From the human T2T-CHM13v2.0 reference genome, Homo sapiens, in the NCBI RefSeq assembly GCF_009914755.1, contig NC_060940.1: a stretch of DNA of 64,000 nucleotides; one strand, written 5' to 3'. Under the pieces are notes generated by a model. It was given only the letters and a program-made list of their open reading frames with translations, ran no database searches and was not told the DNA's origin. The translations under genes and the position numbers were made by a program. Within the stretch, counting starts at the first letter, position 1. The number at the start of each line of letters is the position of its first letter. Shown here piece after piece: positions 48,934-64,000 of this stretch.

Positions 48934-49298
48934 TTGTCTTAGTTCAGGCTGCTATAACAAAATATCATAAACTGGGTAGCTTATAAACAACAGAAATGTA
49001 TTGCTCACGGTTCTGGGGGCTGGAAGTCTGAGATCAGGGTGCCAGCATGGTCGGGTTCTGGTAAGGGCTCTCTTCCGGATTGCGGGTGGCTACCTTCTTG
49101 CTGTATCCTTACATGGGGGAATGAGGGAAAGAAAGCTCCCAGGGGCTGTTTGTGTAATGGCACTAACTCCATTCATGAGGCTTCACCCTCGTGACCTAAT
49201 CACTTCCCAAAGGATCTACCTTCTAATACTATCAAATCGGGAGTTAGGATTTCAACATTTCAATTTGGGGGACAAGGGACACAAACATTCAGTCTACA
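48934..49298 (-). mobile_element. MLT1A/MST-type LTR
   Basis: TGTCTTAGTTCAGGCTGCTATAACAAAAT...CAAACATTCAGTC. Confidence 0.85.
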
Positions 49299-49303
49299 TG
49301 TAA

Positions 49304-49635
<332 letters not shown>

Positions 49636-50303
49636 TGAGCTAGATCTACTTGTATCAACATGGATAATCTCAAAAACAGAAGGCTAAATGAACAAAAGCC
49701 AGTTCCACAGGAACACACCTAGAATAAAACCAGTTATGGAATTTTAAAGAACATACAAGATAATATGTAGCTAAATATTGATGGATACTTATAAAAGTGG
49801 TAGGGATATGAAACATATATTGGAAAGATAAATACCAACTTCAAAATAGTCCTTATCTCTGGTTTTTGCAATTTATAGGGGATGGAAAAAGGAAGAGAAG
49901 AAAACCCAGGAGGGGTACAAAAAGTGTCACTGTAACCTATAAGATTTTATTATTTTTTTTTTAATAAAATGATTTGAAAAACAAACGTCTTTGCATTCCT
50001 AGGCTAAATCCTCCTTGGTCATGGTTAGTGACTCTATTAATGTATTATTGAATTCTGTTTGCTATTATTTTATTTATAGTTTTTCATCTAGTGCCTTGGT
50101 CTTCTGTTCTATTTTTTTTCCACTATACTCTTCAAGATTGAATTTCAGGGTTGTATCGTTCTCGTAAAATGAATTAGAAAGTTTTCCATGGTTTTCTATA
50201 ATCTGGAACCATTCATTGAGTATAGGAATAAATTTGTCACCAGAAAATTTGAAGAGAACAAATACATTAGAAAAATCTGTTTAAGGAGGCTATTTTAAAA
50301 TGA

Positions 50304-50756
<453 letters not shown>

Positions 50757-50783
50757 TAGAGTCACACTGTAACATCTTGGTGA

Positions 50784-51085
50784 TTTTTTTTTTTTTTTTT
50801 TTTTGAGACAGAGCCTCTCTCTGTTACCCAGGCTGGAGTGCAATGACACAATCTCGGCTCGCTGCAACTCCGCCTCCCGGGTTCAAGCGATTCTCTTGTC
50901 TCAGCCTCTGGAGTAGCTGGGATTACAAGCATATGCCACCACACCCGGCTAATTTTTGTATTTTTAGTAGAGATGGGGTTTCACCGTGTTGGCCAGGCTG
51001 GTCTCGAACTCCTGACCTCAGGTGATCCACCTGCCTCGGCCTCCCAAAGTGCTGAGATTACAGGCGTGAGCCACTGCACCCAGCC
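50784..51085 (-). mobile_element. Alu (AluS)
   Basis: Poly(T) + Alu body; no TSD seen. Confidence 0.95.
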
Positions 51086-51713
<628 letters not shown>

Positions 51714-52120
51714 TATACACCATGGAATACTATGCAGCCATAAAAAAGAATGAGTTCATGTCCTTTATAGGGACATGGATGAAGCTGGAAACCATCATTC
51801 TGAGCAAACTATCGCAAGGACAGAAAACCAAACACCACATGTTCTCACTCATAGGTGGGAATTGAACAATAAGAACACATGGACACAGGGTGGGGAACAT
51901 CACACATTGGGGCCTGCCAGGGGGTGGGGGGAGCGGGGAGTGATAGCATTAGGAGATATACCTAATGTAAATGACGAGTTAACGGGTACAGCACACCAAC
52001 ATGGCACATGTATACATATGTAACAAACCTGCACATTGTGCACATGTACCCTAGAACTTAAAGTAAAATAAATAAATAAATAGGAAAAAAAAGAAAAAAA
52101 AAGAAGGCAAAGAAAAAAAT
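51714..52120 (+). mobile_element. L1PA (about PA4-PA6) 3' end inserted in the Alu tail
   Basis: TATACACCATGGAATACTATGCAGCC...ACCCTAGAACTTAAAGT. Confidence 0.9.
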
Positions 52121-53084
52121 AAAAATAAAATAAAATAAAATAAAGTTCTTTAAACACCATGAAACAGACCTTGACAAGACATGCATATCCCCTTATGCCT
52201 ACCCCAAGATTTAGGATGTCACACTGTACCTGTCCTTTGCGGTAATTTGTCTTAAGGACACAGGTACAAGTTATCCTGTTTTATATGCACTTTAATGAAT
52301 TTTCACTTCAAATTCAAGTTGCAGTATATGTCACATGGCGCCTTCCCTTCAAAGTAACTAATGTCAACAATTTACTATGTATTTTTTCCATGTTTTTCCT
52401 GAGTTCATGCAAGCATCATACATGAAAACCAGATGAAAGGTTTTCTTTCTTTCTTTTTTTTTTTTTCAGAAATAGGATGATATTACACAAATGTGCTTCT
52501 TTACTTAACAAGAAAGTATAGGCATCTCTCCATATACCTGGCTTTTTTCAACAGTTGCATAAAATTCTGAAACATAAAACATTATAATTTATTCAATAAA
52601 TCCCTGCTTTTGGATATTAATTTTGTTTCCAGATTTTTGCAAGAATCAGGTACTTAAAGTAATAAACATTTTTCTGTGGAATTGGTACTTCCATTTCTGC
52701 ATGCCAAAAGTGAAATTTCTGAGCATAAGTATATTTTGAATTCCAGTAGCTACTTTCAGATTTTTCTTGAATGGTTAAAGCAATTCTTACTCATAACAGC
52801 AAAGTATGAGAGTCCTTTCTTCCTCCATACAATCATAAGTGATGGTAATAAATCATTTCTGTTTGGGTCAAATTGATTAATTTCTAAAGTAATCTATTGT
52901 CATTTTTATTTACATTTCCCCTTCCCCGAAAAGAATGAGCATAATTTCATTTGTTTATTGGCTATTTGCATTTCCACTTCTAAAGATTGCCTACTTCTAT
53001 TCTTTACCTATTTCTGTACTGGATTTTTAAGTCTTTTTCAATTTGCAGAAGTTATTTGTGGATTAGAAAAATTAGCACTGGTTA

Positions 53085-53505
53085 GATCAACCTAAATACC
53101 CTTCAATGAGAGATGGATAAAGAAAATGTGGTACATATACACCCTGGAATACTCTGCAGCCATAAAAAACAAGATTATGTCCCTTGCAGGCACACAGATG
53201 GAGCTGGGGGCCATTATCCTTAGCAAACTAACACATGAACAGAAAACTAAATACCACACGTTCTCATAAGTGGGAGCTAAATGATAAGAACACATGGACA
53301 CATAGAGGGGAAAAACACACACTGGGACCTTTCAGAGAGTGGAGGGTGGGAGCAGGAGAGGATCCAGAAACATAACTAATAGGTACTAGGCTTAATTCCT
53401 GGATGATTAAATAACCTACAGCAAACCCCCATGACACAAGTTTACCTATGTAGCAAACCTGCACTTGTACCCCTGAACTTAAAATAAAAGTTTAAAAAAG
53501 AAAAG
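53085..53505 (+). mobile_element. Older L1P (L1PA8-16/L1PB-type) 3' end
   Basis: GGATAAAGAAAATGTGG...CCCTGAACTTAAAATAAAAG; degenerate TSD GAAAA(T/C)TAGC(A/C)CTGG. Confidence 0.85.
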
Positions 53506-54771
53506 AAACAGAAAAACTAGCCCTGGCACCCTCCCAACTATTTTTCCTGAAACTATCAAAAAAAAAAAAAAAAAAAAAGAGGCAGTCTTGTTTCTGGGAT
53601 CACTGCAATAAAAGCAATGGGAACCTACAGGTGCCAATGCCATATTTGCTGCCATGTAGATAGAGTTTGATAAAAAAGAAAGTAGATACAGAGAAAACGA
53701 GTTAGAGTGGGGGAAGAGAAAGAGCTAATGACATCATTTGGACACCTACATACAGCCATACTTGAAGCTGGAAGGGTTTATCCATTAAATTTCTGGGTTA
53801 CAAGAGCCAATGATTTTCCTTTGGGGTTTGTGCTGGGTTTCTGTCACTTGCAACCAAAATCCTCCCAACTGTGGTGAGTTTGCGTATATTGGGACCACAC
53901 CCTGATTCTAGAACAAGACCTTTGCATCCATAAGAACTGGACTTTCTAAATGCTGGGTCCAGGTAATATTTGAACTGGTCTCACCATTGTTCCTGGATAG
54001 CGCTCTGATTTCCTACTATGAGGCAACCTCTAGAGGATTCTTGGCTCAATAATGCACCAAGCTCATGGGACGAGTTCACAGTGTGTACCTGTTATATTGG
54101 TCACAACAAGAATTTGAGTCTCTACAAACCTCATGGCTTACACCGCTGTATATTGGCTGGACGCACTTAAATGAGGTCCAGGCCGGAACATGTACAGAAA
54201 CCCAAGTTATAAATTACAAGTTACTCTGGATAATTTTGGAAAGGGGGTCCTTGAATTCACAGGTCTGCCAGAAAGCCTATGCAGGCCGGATCTCCAAAGG
54301 CTCATTTGAAAACACAGTACCTTCCTAAACAGACTTTTATCATAAGGCTTTTTGCCTTTTCTTAAACTATATACCACAGGACTATTCAATAGCGTTGTAA
54401 GGGAAAGAAGAAAGTAAATAGAACTGTGCATTAGAAGGCTTTGTAAACTCTTTAGCAGGGGGTAATAGAAGTGCTCGATGTGAAGCTTCTGTTCTGATCA
54501 GGTGGAAAGGCAAGACATTGAAATACTAAGAGTTTAAATAAACTTTGAACATACCATCAGAATATTCCAAATAGGATCATTTAGCCATAATACATAGACA
54601 TCCCCAACTACAACAACAATAATAGGAAGCACTAATATTTACCGAGTACTTGTGTGCCAGCACTAAATGAAACACTTTTTGTTAATTACTTCATTATTCT
54701 TCCTCATATAACAACCCAATGAAGTCAGTACCAAAGCTTAGAAGAAACTAAAGCTTATAGAGCTTCTATAA

Positions 54772-55140
54772 GGCAGGATAAGCTACATGACGCTGAAGTA
54801 ACAAAAACCTCAACATCTCAATGGCTTAACACAACAAAAGTTTACTTCTTGCTCATGTTGCACAAACAATGCAGGCTGGCAGAGAAGACGCCACCCATCT
54901 TGGGCTAATGGGGCTTTTGTCTGAATTGTGTTTCCATGACCACTGCAGCAGGAGGAAGAAAACATGAGAAATTGCACTCTAGTCCATATGGGCGCTTCCA
55001 AATGGAACTGACAGATATTGCTTCTTCTTGCATTTCATTGACCAAACGAGTCCCATGCCCACATTTGACTTCAAGGTGAAGAGAGGGGAGGAGTATGATC
55101 CAATTCGTGCCCAGAAGTAACAGAATTGGAAATATTTAAT
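54772..55140 (-). mobile_element. Old MLT1 (K/L-type) LTR
   Basis: TCTCAATGGCTTAACACAACAAAAGTTTACTTCTTGCTCA. Confidence 0.65.
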
Positions 55141-55479
55141 TAACAGCATTGAACACAACCGCAGGGCACAAGCTGGTCTGTCCTCTTCTAGAAACAGAGA
55201 TGTCACAATAACCTTGGAAAATTCAGTTTATCTTTGTGCCATTGCTCCAAGTGAAAACTTTAAAGTTGAAAATCTCTTTGTTTTAATTGCCCACATCATA
55301 ACAGAAATTCTCTCTCTTTTCCCTCCGGACCCCCATTTCTGTCTGTAACACCTTCCTATAGGAATTATCATCTTTTCACTTTATTATAATAGAATTTGTG
55401 GTCTCCTGGGCATAAAACTCTTTAAAGGGACACATTTGAGTCAGGGGGGTTGTGAGGTTTTTTATTTTTTCCTCCAAAG

Positions 55480-56130
55480 AAAGTTTAAAAACCTTCATTT
55501 TGTATTCAGGAATAAATGAGAAGTGGTGTTATTTATAATTGGCTCCCTCTAATTCAGACTAAATGTAGATTAATCCTAATTGATAAGACATAAAATTTAA
55601 TTAAACCTTAATAAAGAACCTGGGAAAGAGTTCTCAATAGATGATATCAATGGTAATGTTGGATGCTGCATGCTGCAGTACTTCAGATAAAACACAATTC
55701 GTAGAAGTATTTTCAGGGCTTTGTGCAAGTCAAGATATGGGTCATTATCTCAAACAGAGCATTCATTAAAATTATGGATAAATCTGAGAGATGGTGTTCT
55801 CCATACAGCTCACCGATAAGAGCCTGGCCCACAAGAACTCCCAACAATCTCCTCAGCCTGTTGGTCAGGAGGACGCTCAGTTCCTTGACCTTGAAGCCAC
55901 ACTGAGTCACAGAAGTTGCTGTCACAGACTACGGTGTTATCAGATAAACCCCAACCCACCGAATATCCCATTGTAGAAATCCAATTAACAATGCTACATA
56001 AACATTACCCTTCTGATTGATGTTCCCAGCACGTAACATTTTTATTTCATGTACTCATGGTATGTTTATGTGTTCAGGAGTGATTGAGAACTTATCTTTC
56101 ATGGTCAATCAACCTGGTATCTAATTACTG
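55480..56130. promoter_or_regulatory. Candidate enhancer: GATA/homeodomain motif cluster
   Basis: Six WGATAA sites, AP-1 TGAGTCA, GATTAATCC, TTAATTAA and TGATTGAT in apparently repeat-free DNA. Confidence 0.4.
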
Positions 56131-56511
56131 CAAACATGAATAGAGAGCCCAGGCAGAGGGGAAGATCCAGCTCCCAGGAACGGAACTCCTTCCTTGCAAA
56201 TGGGAGCATAGACACTCCAGTTCCTAGCAAAGTGTATCAAAGGAAGCAAACCCTGATACCTCCAGGTGTCAGAATTCTAAGAGGAAAGTGAGCTCAGTTG
56301 GCACCACAGCAAACTGGAGAGGGTCTGCCTGATCTAAAGAGGGCAACTTTTCTCTACTCTGCCCACAGTTGCCATGAAGGAATGAGGGTCCAATGATGGC
56401 AAATCATTTCACTCTTCTTTAAAATTTGTGTATTTGGATTGTAATCGGAAACAAAACCACGTTTTTAAGTGGGAAGAAAAAACTTTTTTCAACAAAGTTT
56501 TTTTAAAAAAC

Positions 56512-56545
56512 TTATTCCTTCCCTTTGGTTATTCCTTCCCTTTGG
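56512..56545. repeat. 17-bp tandem duplication
   Basis: TTATTCCTTCCCTTTGG x2. Confidence 0.9.
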
Positions 56546-56554
56546 TTCATTTTC

Positions 56555-57333
56555 CCCTTTAACAAATACTTAATGAATGCTTAATATGTCCCAGGCATTG
56601 TTGTAGGCACTGGAGATAGAACAATGAAGAAAACAAAGATCCCTGTCTTTAGGAAGCCTATATTCTAGAAGAGGGAGATTGACCATAAGCAATAAACATG
56701 ATAAGTAAAGCATATGGTATGTTAAATGGGAGAGGTGCTAAGAAAAGACAGAAAAAGCACAGTGGGCAGGGAACTGGAAATCATGCAGGGGTTGCCTACT
56801 GATATTTAGACACAGTGGTCATACAGAAGGTGACGTTGGAAAACAGATTTGTAGAAGAAGAGGAAATTAGCCAGGCAAATATCTAGGAAAAGAGCATTGG
56901 AAGAAGGAATGGCCAGTGCAAAGTCCCCAAAGTAGAAATGTACCCAGTGTGTTCAAGAAACAGTAAATAAACTAGGTGGCTGAAATGAACTGAATGAGGG
57001 AGAGACTGGCAGGAGGTGAGAAGAGAGAGGCATCAGGGAGGGAGCAGAGCACGTGGGGCTTCCTAGGTCATTGGAATGACTTTGGTTTTTACTCTGGGGT
57101 AGTTGCAGAACCATTGGAGTGTTTTGAGTGCAGAAGAGACACAGACAGACTTGTATTTTTACCGGGATCCCTCTGGCTACTATGTTGAAAGAAGCCTGTA
57201 GGGATCAAGGATGGAGAGGCAGGGAGACCAGCTAGGAGGCTGTAGCAGCATCTAGGAGAGAGACAACAGTGGCTCAGACAAGAGTGAGGCGTTAAGAAGG
57301 CAATGGAGGTGTTAAGAAGTAGCTAGATTCTGG
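56555..57333 (-). mobile_element. L2 (resumes about 58659-58790)
   Basis: TTTAACAAATACTTAATGAATGC 3' end; colinear L2 across the L1 insertion. Confidence 0.8.
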
Positions 57334-58568
57334 AATATCCAGAATCTATAAGGGACTTAAACAAATTAACAAGCAAAAAACAAACAACTCCGTTAAAAAA
57401 TAGCCAAAGGTCATGGACAGACACTTCTCAAAAGAAGACATGTATGTGGACAACAAGCATATGAAAATAATGCTTAATATCACTGATCAGAGAAATGCAA
57501 ATCAGAACCACGATGAGATACCATCTCACACCTGTCAGAACGGCTACTATTAAAAAGTCAAAAACAACAGATGCTGGTGAGGTTGCAGAGAAAAGGTAAT
57601 GTGTATACAATGCTGGTGTGAATGTAAATTAGTTCAACCACTGTGGAAAGTAGTTTGGAGATTTCTCAAAGAACTTGAAACAGAGCTACAATTAGACCCA
57701 GCAATCCCATTACTGGGTATATACCCAAAAGAATATAAATCATTGTACCATAAAGACACAGTGCATGCAGCCAGGTGTGGTGGCTCATGCCTGTAATCCT
57801 GACACTTTGGGAGACCAAGGCAGGTGGATTGCTTGAGCCTAGGAGTTTGAGACCAGCCTGGGCAAGATGGCAAAACCCTGTATCTACAAAAAAAAAAAAA
57901 AAAAAAAGCACAAAAATTGGCCAGGCATGGTAGCACACCCCTGTAGTCCCAGCTACTCGGAAGACTGAGGTGGGGGGATCACCTGAGCCCAGGAGGTCAA
58001 GGCTGCAGTGAACCCTGATTGCACCACTGCACTCCAGCCTGGGCAACAGAGTGAGACCCTGTCTCAAAAAATATATAAAGATATATGCATGCATATGTTC
58101 ATCACAGCACTATTCACAATAGCAAAGACATTGAATCAACCAAAATGCCTATCAATGGGGGACTGGATAAAGAAAATATGGTACATACACACCATGGAAT
58201 AATATGCAGCCATACTAAAGAATGAAATCATGTCATTTGCAGCAATATGGATGGAACTGGAGGCCATTATCCTAAGCGAATTAATGCAGGAACAGAAAAC
58301 CAAATACTGCCTGTTCTTACTTATAAGTGGAAGCTAAACACTGAATACACATGGACACAAAGAAACGAACAACAGACCCTGGGGCCTACTTGAGGATAGA
58401 GGGTGGGAGGAGGGTGAGGATCAAAAAACTACCTGTTGGGTACTATGCCCATTACCTGGGTGACAAAAGAATCTGTACACCAAACCCCAGTGACACGCAA
58501 TTTACTCATGTAACATATCAGCACACATACCTTCTGAACCTAAAATAGAAGTTGAAAAGGAAAAAAAA
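57334..58568 (+). mobile_element. L1PB-type 3' portion, interrupted by an Alu (57768-58071)
   Basis: AATATCCAGAATCTATAAGG...TGAACCTAAAATAGAAGTTG. Confidence 0.9.
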
Positions 58569-59345
58569 TCACTGATCAATATAGAAATGTTATTTGTAAT
58601 GCATTTGATAACATGTATTTTACATTGTCTTCTGAATTTTGCCAAAAAAAAAAAAAATGAAGTAGCTTGACTCTACCTAGATTATAAGGTAGAATCAACA
58701 AGAATATCCAATGGACAGGTTGTGGAAAGTGAGAAAAATGGAAGATTTAACGACAACTCTAAGCTTTTTAGGTTGAACAATTGAAAGAACAAGAAGTCTC
58801 TATAAATATGAACCAGATCCCACATTTCTGACACAATTTAGGACAGTCAGGATATCCCAATTTATCACTTGCTGTTCAATAATAACGATGGTAATAACAA
58901 TTACTATCTTTTTATTGAGCATTTACTATATGGCAAGGCATTTTATATGTATATTGCATTTAATCCTACACCCACTCCATGAGCTAGACAGATTTTTAGC
59001 CCTGTTTTTCCCCATGAGGACACTGAGGCTCAGAAAAGTTAAATAACTTGTCAAGTTCACTTACTAGTGGCAGGGCCCATAATGAAGCCCAGGACTCTAT
59101 GGCTGCAAGGCCCATGACCATAATGGCATGGCATACTGTCTCTTCAATTCCATAATTTTCTAACTACTTATCATGAGTCGGGCATAGGCTGAGGCATTTT
59201 AAATATGCAATTTCATTTAATCTTTACAATAATCCTATGAAGCAGGTATTCTCATTCCCATTTTCAAATGGAAGCTAATTGAAATATCCAAGCCCTACTT
59301 CCCTTGTTCCAAAACCACGGTTCTCCAGGAAAATATGATAGAGCA

Positions 59346-60099
<754 letters not shown>

Positions 60100-60804
60100 G
60101 GCGAGTAGTGTCCCACCCACCTGCCCTGATATTAGCTGGAGGGGAACAAGAAACTGAGTAAAGTGGGAGAGGGAGTACAAAAAGGCACAAGGCACAGTCT
60201 CTGCATTTAGGGGGCGTGACTCTCCTGGGGAAGATGATCAATTACCCACAGCCGGCCAAATGCCAATATGTCTCAAGTATGTGCCTTCCTTCAGTGGGTA
60301 GCCCACCCACACTGAAGGTTCGCCCCATGCCACAGACACTACTGTACATTGAGGATACAAAGATGGACCAGAGGAAGCTCCCACAAAATCTATGAGCAAT
60401 GAAGAATTTTGGAGGCATATGCATTCTGTAAATGATTTGCAAGGCTTATTTAAATGCATCATAACTGCTACTGAGCCGAACGTCTATTCCCAGTTCTTTT
60501 CCTTAAATGTTAAAGACTAAAGACAGCACTTACCATCTGCTATAGCTTGAGATCTGCTCCTTCCCCCAAGGTCTCCCGACATGGCAGGCCCTGGCTGGCA
60601 GTCCCATATGACACAGCACACAACCCACCGGGAACATCTAACAGTCAGAACATCTGCTGGCCTTTTCTCTGCACTTTGCAGCTGTTTTAAACTTGTAACC
60701 GTTCCCTCTCTGAGGTCACTTCAGGCTTGTGGACAAACATGAAGTGTCTTAGGGTATTTATCTCAGTCTCCAACGAGTCTGGGTCCTTGGACTTCTGCTT
60801 ATTT

Positions 60805-61700
60805 ATTTAACAAATACTTGCTAAGCACCGGCTATGTGCCAAACATTGCTCTTGATGATACAATGGTGAACAAGAAAGATGCAGGTTCTGCCCTCAGGAA
60901 ACAAAGTCTACAAGGGAAAACAAACTTTGAGTAATTTAACTGGCTATTGAGAAGATGTACAGAGTATGGCTATTGGGAAGATGTACAGAGTACACCAGAA
61001 ACATATCATGGTAGATCTAAACCAGCATGGGGTCTCCTGGAGTAAGTGATATCTGAGCTAAGAAATGAAGCAGTTGTTAGCTGGATAGTAGGGGGGACAG
61101 ACGAATCATTCCAGGCAGAAGGAATAATGTGAGAAAAGGCCCTGAGTCAGGATAGAGTATGTCAGCTTTGAATAAGAGAAAGAACTATAGAACAAGGAAG
61201 AGAGTGATGTAAGATAAAGCAAAGATACTGGATCATATTGGGCCTGACAGGTCATCTCAGGGAGTCCATATTTATCCTGAAGGCAGGGGAAAGCCATTAA
61301 ATGATCTAAGCAAAGGAGTGACTGGATCTATTTGCATTCTTAAAGATAATTCTAATGGCTGTGTGGGAAGAAATAAGAGAACAAGGAGGAAGTAAATTGC
61401 AGTCCTTTGCAATTGTCCAGATGAAAGCTGGCCATTTCCAGTGGCTAAACCATTGGAAATGAAATGGATGGTATCTAGGCATGTTTTTGGTAAGTGCAAC
61501 AAAACCTGGTGAGAGACTGCATGAGGCCAGAGACATACAGGCAGCCAACAAGCATATGAAGGTAGAGAAGTTAGCATGGAAGCTGATTTAACCTTTTAAG
61601 GACAATGGTGTCATTTTGAGATAGGGAAAACTGAAGGAGGGGTAGGTTTGATGAGTAAGGGTGATGAATTCATTTCTAGACATGCTGAATTTGAGATGAC
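60805..61700 (-). mobile_element. L2 fragment(s)
   Basis: TTTAACAAATACTTGCTAAGCACC; contains a 26-bp tandem duplication at 60941-60992. Confidence 0.7.
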
Positions 61701-62194
61701 TGCAAGGCACTCAAGAGGATATGTCCAGAAAGAAAATTCAGCCAGCCTCCTATATTTGTTCTGACTCTCCTTATGTAAAGAAGAAACAGCCAGGAAAGAA
61801 AAGCTTCTATCTTGTGAGTCTTGTTTGATTCGTGCCCCTGCTGTTGCTGACAAAAACCATGCTGATACATTTCATATTCAGGGATGTGTCAGAACCCATT
61901 GTGTAGCACCTTGGACAGCTCTCCCAGTGGCCCTTTTGACAAATCTAGGTTTAAATCAGCCTCCTATGTATCTTGCCTTCTGTCCTATCCCTCACTGCCC
62001 CACTGACCTCCTCAAATGCTACACTACAAGAGAACTGGCTGAAAAATTATTCATGCTCAACAGATCCTTCCAAAGGCTGAAGTTCATTCAGGAAGTCAAG
62101 ATTAGAGTGAGCCCTGCAGAATATAGGGTGAGAGAAACTGGGAAAATGGCGTGGGGAGATAATGGAAAGAAGGGTAGCTTCAGGAGAGGACTCA

Positions 62195-63323
62195 CTTTTT
62201 TAAACTTTTATTTTAGGTTCGGGGTACATGTGCAGGCTTGTTATATAGGTAAACTTGTGTCATAGGGGGTTGATGTACAGATGATTTCATCACGCAGGTA
62301 CCAAGCCCAGTACCCAATAGTTATTTTTTTCTGATCCTGTCCCTCCCCTCACTCTCCACCTTCTGATAAGCCCCAGTGTGTGTTGTTCCCCTCTGTGTCC
62401 ACGTGATCTCATCAACTTAGCTCCCACTTATAAGTGAGAATATGCGGTATTTGGTTTTTTGTTCCCACATTAGTTTGCTAAGAATGATGGCCTCTAGCTC
62501 CATCCATGTTCCTGTAAAGAATATGACTTCATTCTTTTTTATGGCTGTGTAGCATTCCATTGTGTATATGTACCACATTTTCTTCATCCGGTCTACCATT
62601 GGCGGGCATTTAGGTTAAATGTATGTCTTTCCTATTGTGAACAGTGCTGCAGTGAACATATGCATGCATGTGTCTTTGCAATGGAATGATTTATATTTCT
62701 TTGGGTATATACCCAGTAATGGGATTGCTGGGTTGAATGACAGTTTTGTTTTTAGCTCTTTGAGGAATAGCCATACTGCTTTCCACAATGGTTAATTTAC
62801 ACTCCCACCAACAGTGTATAAGTGTTCCCTTTTCTCCACAACCTTGCCGGCACCTGTTATTTTTTTACTTTTTAATATAGCCATTAGCCATTCAGGGTTG
62901 GGCACAGTGGCTCATGCCTGTAATCCCAGCATGGGAGGCCAAGGCAGGCAGATTTGAGGTCAGGAGTTCGAGACCAACCTGGTCAACATGGTGAAACCCC
63001 ATCTCTACTAAAAAAATTACAAAATTTAGCAGGACGTGGTGGCACACACCTGTAGTCCCAGCTACTCAGGAGGCTGAAGCAAGAGAATCGGTTGAACCTG
63101 GAAGGCAGAGTTTGCAGTGAGCTGAGATCGTGCCACTGCACTCCAGCCTAGGTGACAGAGTGAGACTCTGTCTCAAAAAATAATAATAATAATAGCCTTT
63201 CTGACAGATGTGAGATGATATTTCATTGTGGTTTTGATTTGCATTTCTCTAATCATCAGTGATATTGAGCTTTTTTCATATGCTTGTTGGCTGCATGTAT
63301 GTCTTTTTGTGAAAATGTTCATG
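62195..63323 (-). mobile_element. Older L1P 3' portion, interrupted by a + strand Alu (62897-63193)
   Basis: Reverse-complement L1 3' UTR/ORF2 end; exact TSD AGGAGAGGACTCA at 62182-62194 and 63324-63336. Confidence 0.9.
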
Positions 63324-63727
63324 AGGAGAGGACTCAATGTAGTTTCAGAAACACCGAAGAACTGTGTACACTTAAAAATGCAGCCTGAGTGTAAGGATGT
63401 AGCTTGGTAGTGCACAAAAACACTGCAATAACAGTATTGGTTTAGGTCCAAAACTTCTAATTAGGTGATAAAAGAAAGAGCAAGAGAAAAAGATAATTCT
63501 TTATGTGCTCACATAGCATCATACTCACAATATACTCTGTTTTGAGAGGGAAGGGAAGGACAGCTTGTAGTATAGAATGTACAGTATAATCTTGTTTATG
63601 TTTGCATAGAAAACTTTTCAAAGTCTGGAAAAATATACCCTAAACTGTTAATGGTAGGCATCTCTGAGAGGAGGGATCATAGTGAGATTTTACTTTCTCA
63701 CCAGTATTTTCATTTTTTATAATTATT

Positions 63728-64000
63728 CTGTCTTAGTCTGTTTGGCTGCTGTAACAAAAATATCACAAACTGGGTGGCTTATAAACAGCAAACATTCCAT
63801 GTCTCACAGTTCTAGAGGCTGAGAAGTCCAATATCACTGCCAGATTCAGTGCCTAGTGAGGTCCCATTCCTCACTGAGAGCAACTTTTAGCTGAGGTTTT
63901 GGCCTTCATGACCTAATCACCTACTGAAGGCCCCACTATTAATACCATCACACTGGGTTTAGGTTCCAACTTAGGAATTTGGGGAGACACCAATAATCAG
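63728..64000 (-). mobile_element. MLT1A/MST-type LTR (runs to window end)
   Basis: TGTCTTAGTCTGTTTGGCTGCTGTAACAAAA...TCACAGTTCTAGAGGCTGAGAAGTCCAA. Confidence 0.8.

Noticed and set aside
54180-54210. Possible p53 site (GAACATGTAC...CCCAAGTT)
   Set aside because: Both half-sites are mismatched; expected by chance
55713-55976. Overlapping 60-70 aa ORFs in unique sequence
   Set aside because: No recognisable homology and no convincing splice-site pair; the motif cluster explains the region better

Overview
Primate (very probably hominid/human) nuclear DNA, intergenic or deep intronic. It is dominated by interspersed repeats: about 43 Alu copies or fragments, old L1M and younger L1PA/L1PB pieces, L2, MIR, MaLR/ERV LTRs and MER DNA transposons. 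I can support no protein-coding gene, RNA gene or CRISPR array. The supplied ORFs are Alu-, L1-, LTR- or simple-repeat-derived, or unrecognisable. I found no convincing previously undescribed biological system. The best structure is a ~1.95-kb young L1 (L1PA2-type) insertion that splits an Alu between 14-bp TSDs (44278-46239). It combines a twin-priming 5' inversion with a ~1-kb 3' transduction carrying an old L1M piece, a THE1 LTR and an AluY. A second, older L1 appears to carry a ~75-bp transduced tag (57316-58674). Also notable are a 32-bp minisatellite whose variable positions are CpG decay, an Alu-tail (GAA/GAG)63 tract, three repeat-free enhancer-like blocks and a few exon-like segments. 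Subfamily names come from recalled consensus sequences, not from a RepeatMasker run. Boundaries of old repeats are approximate.
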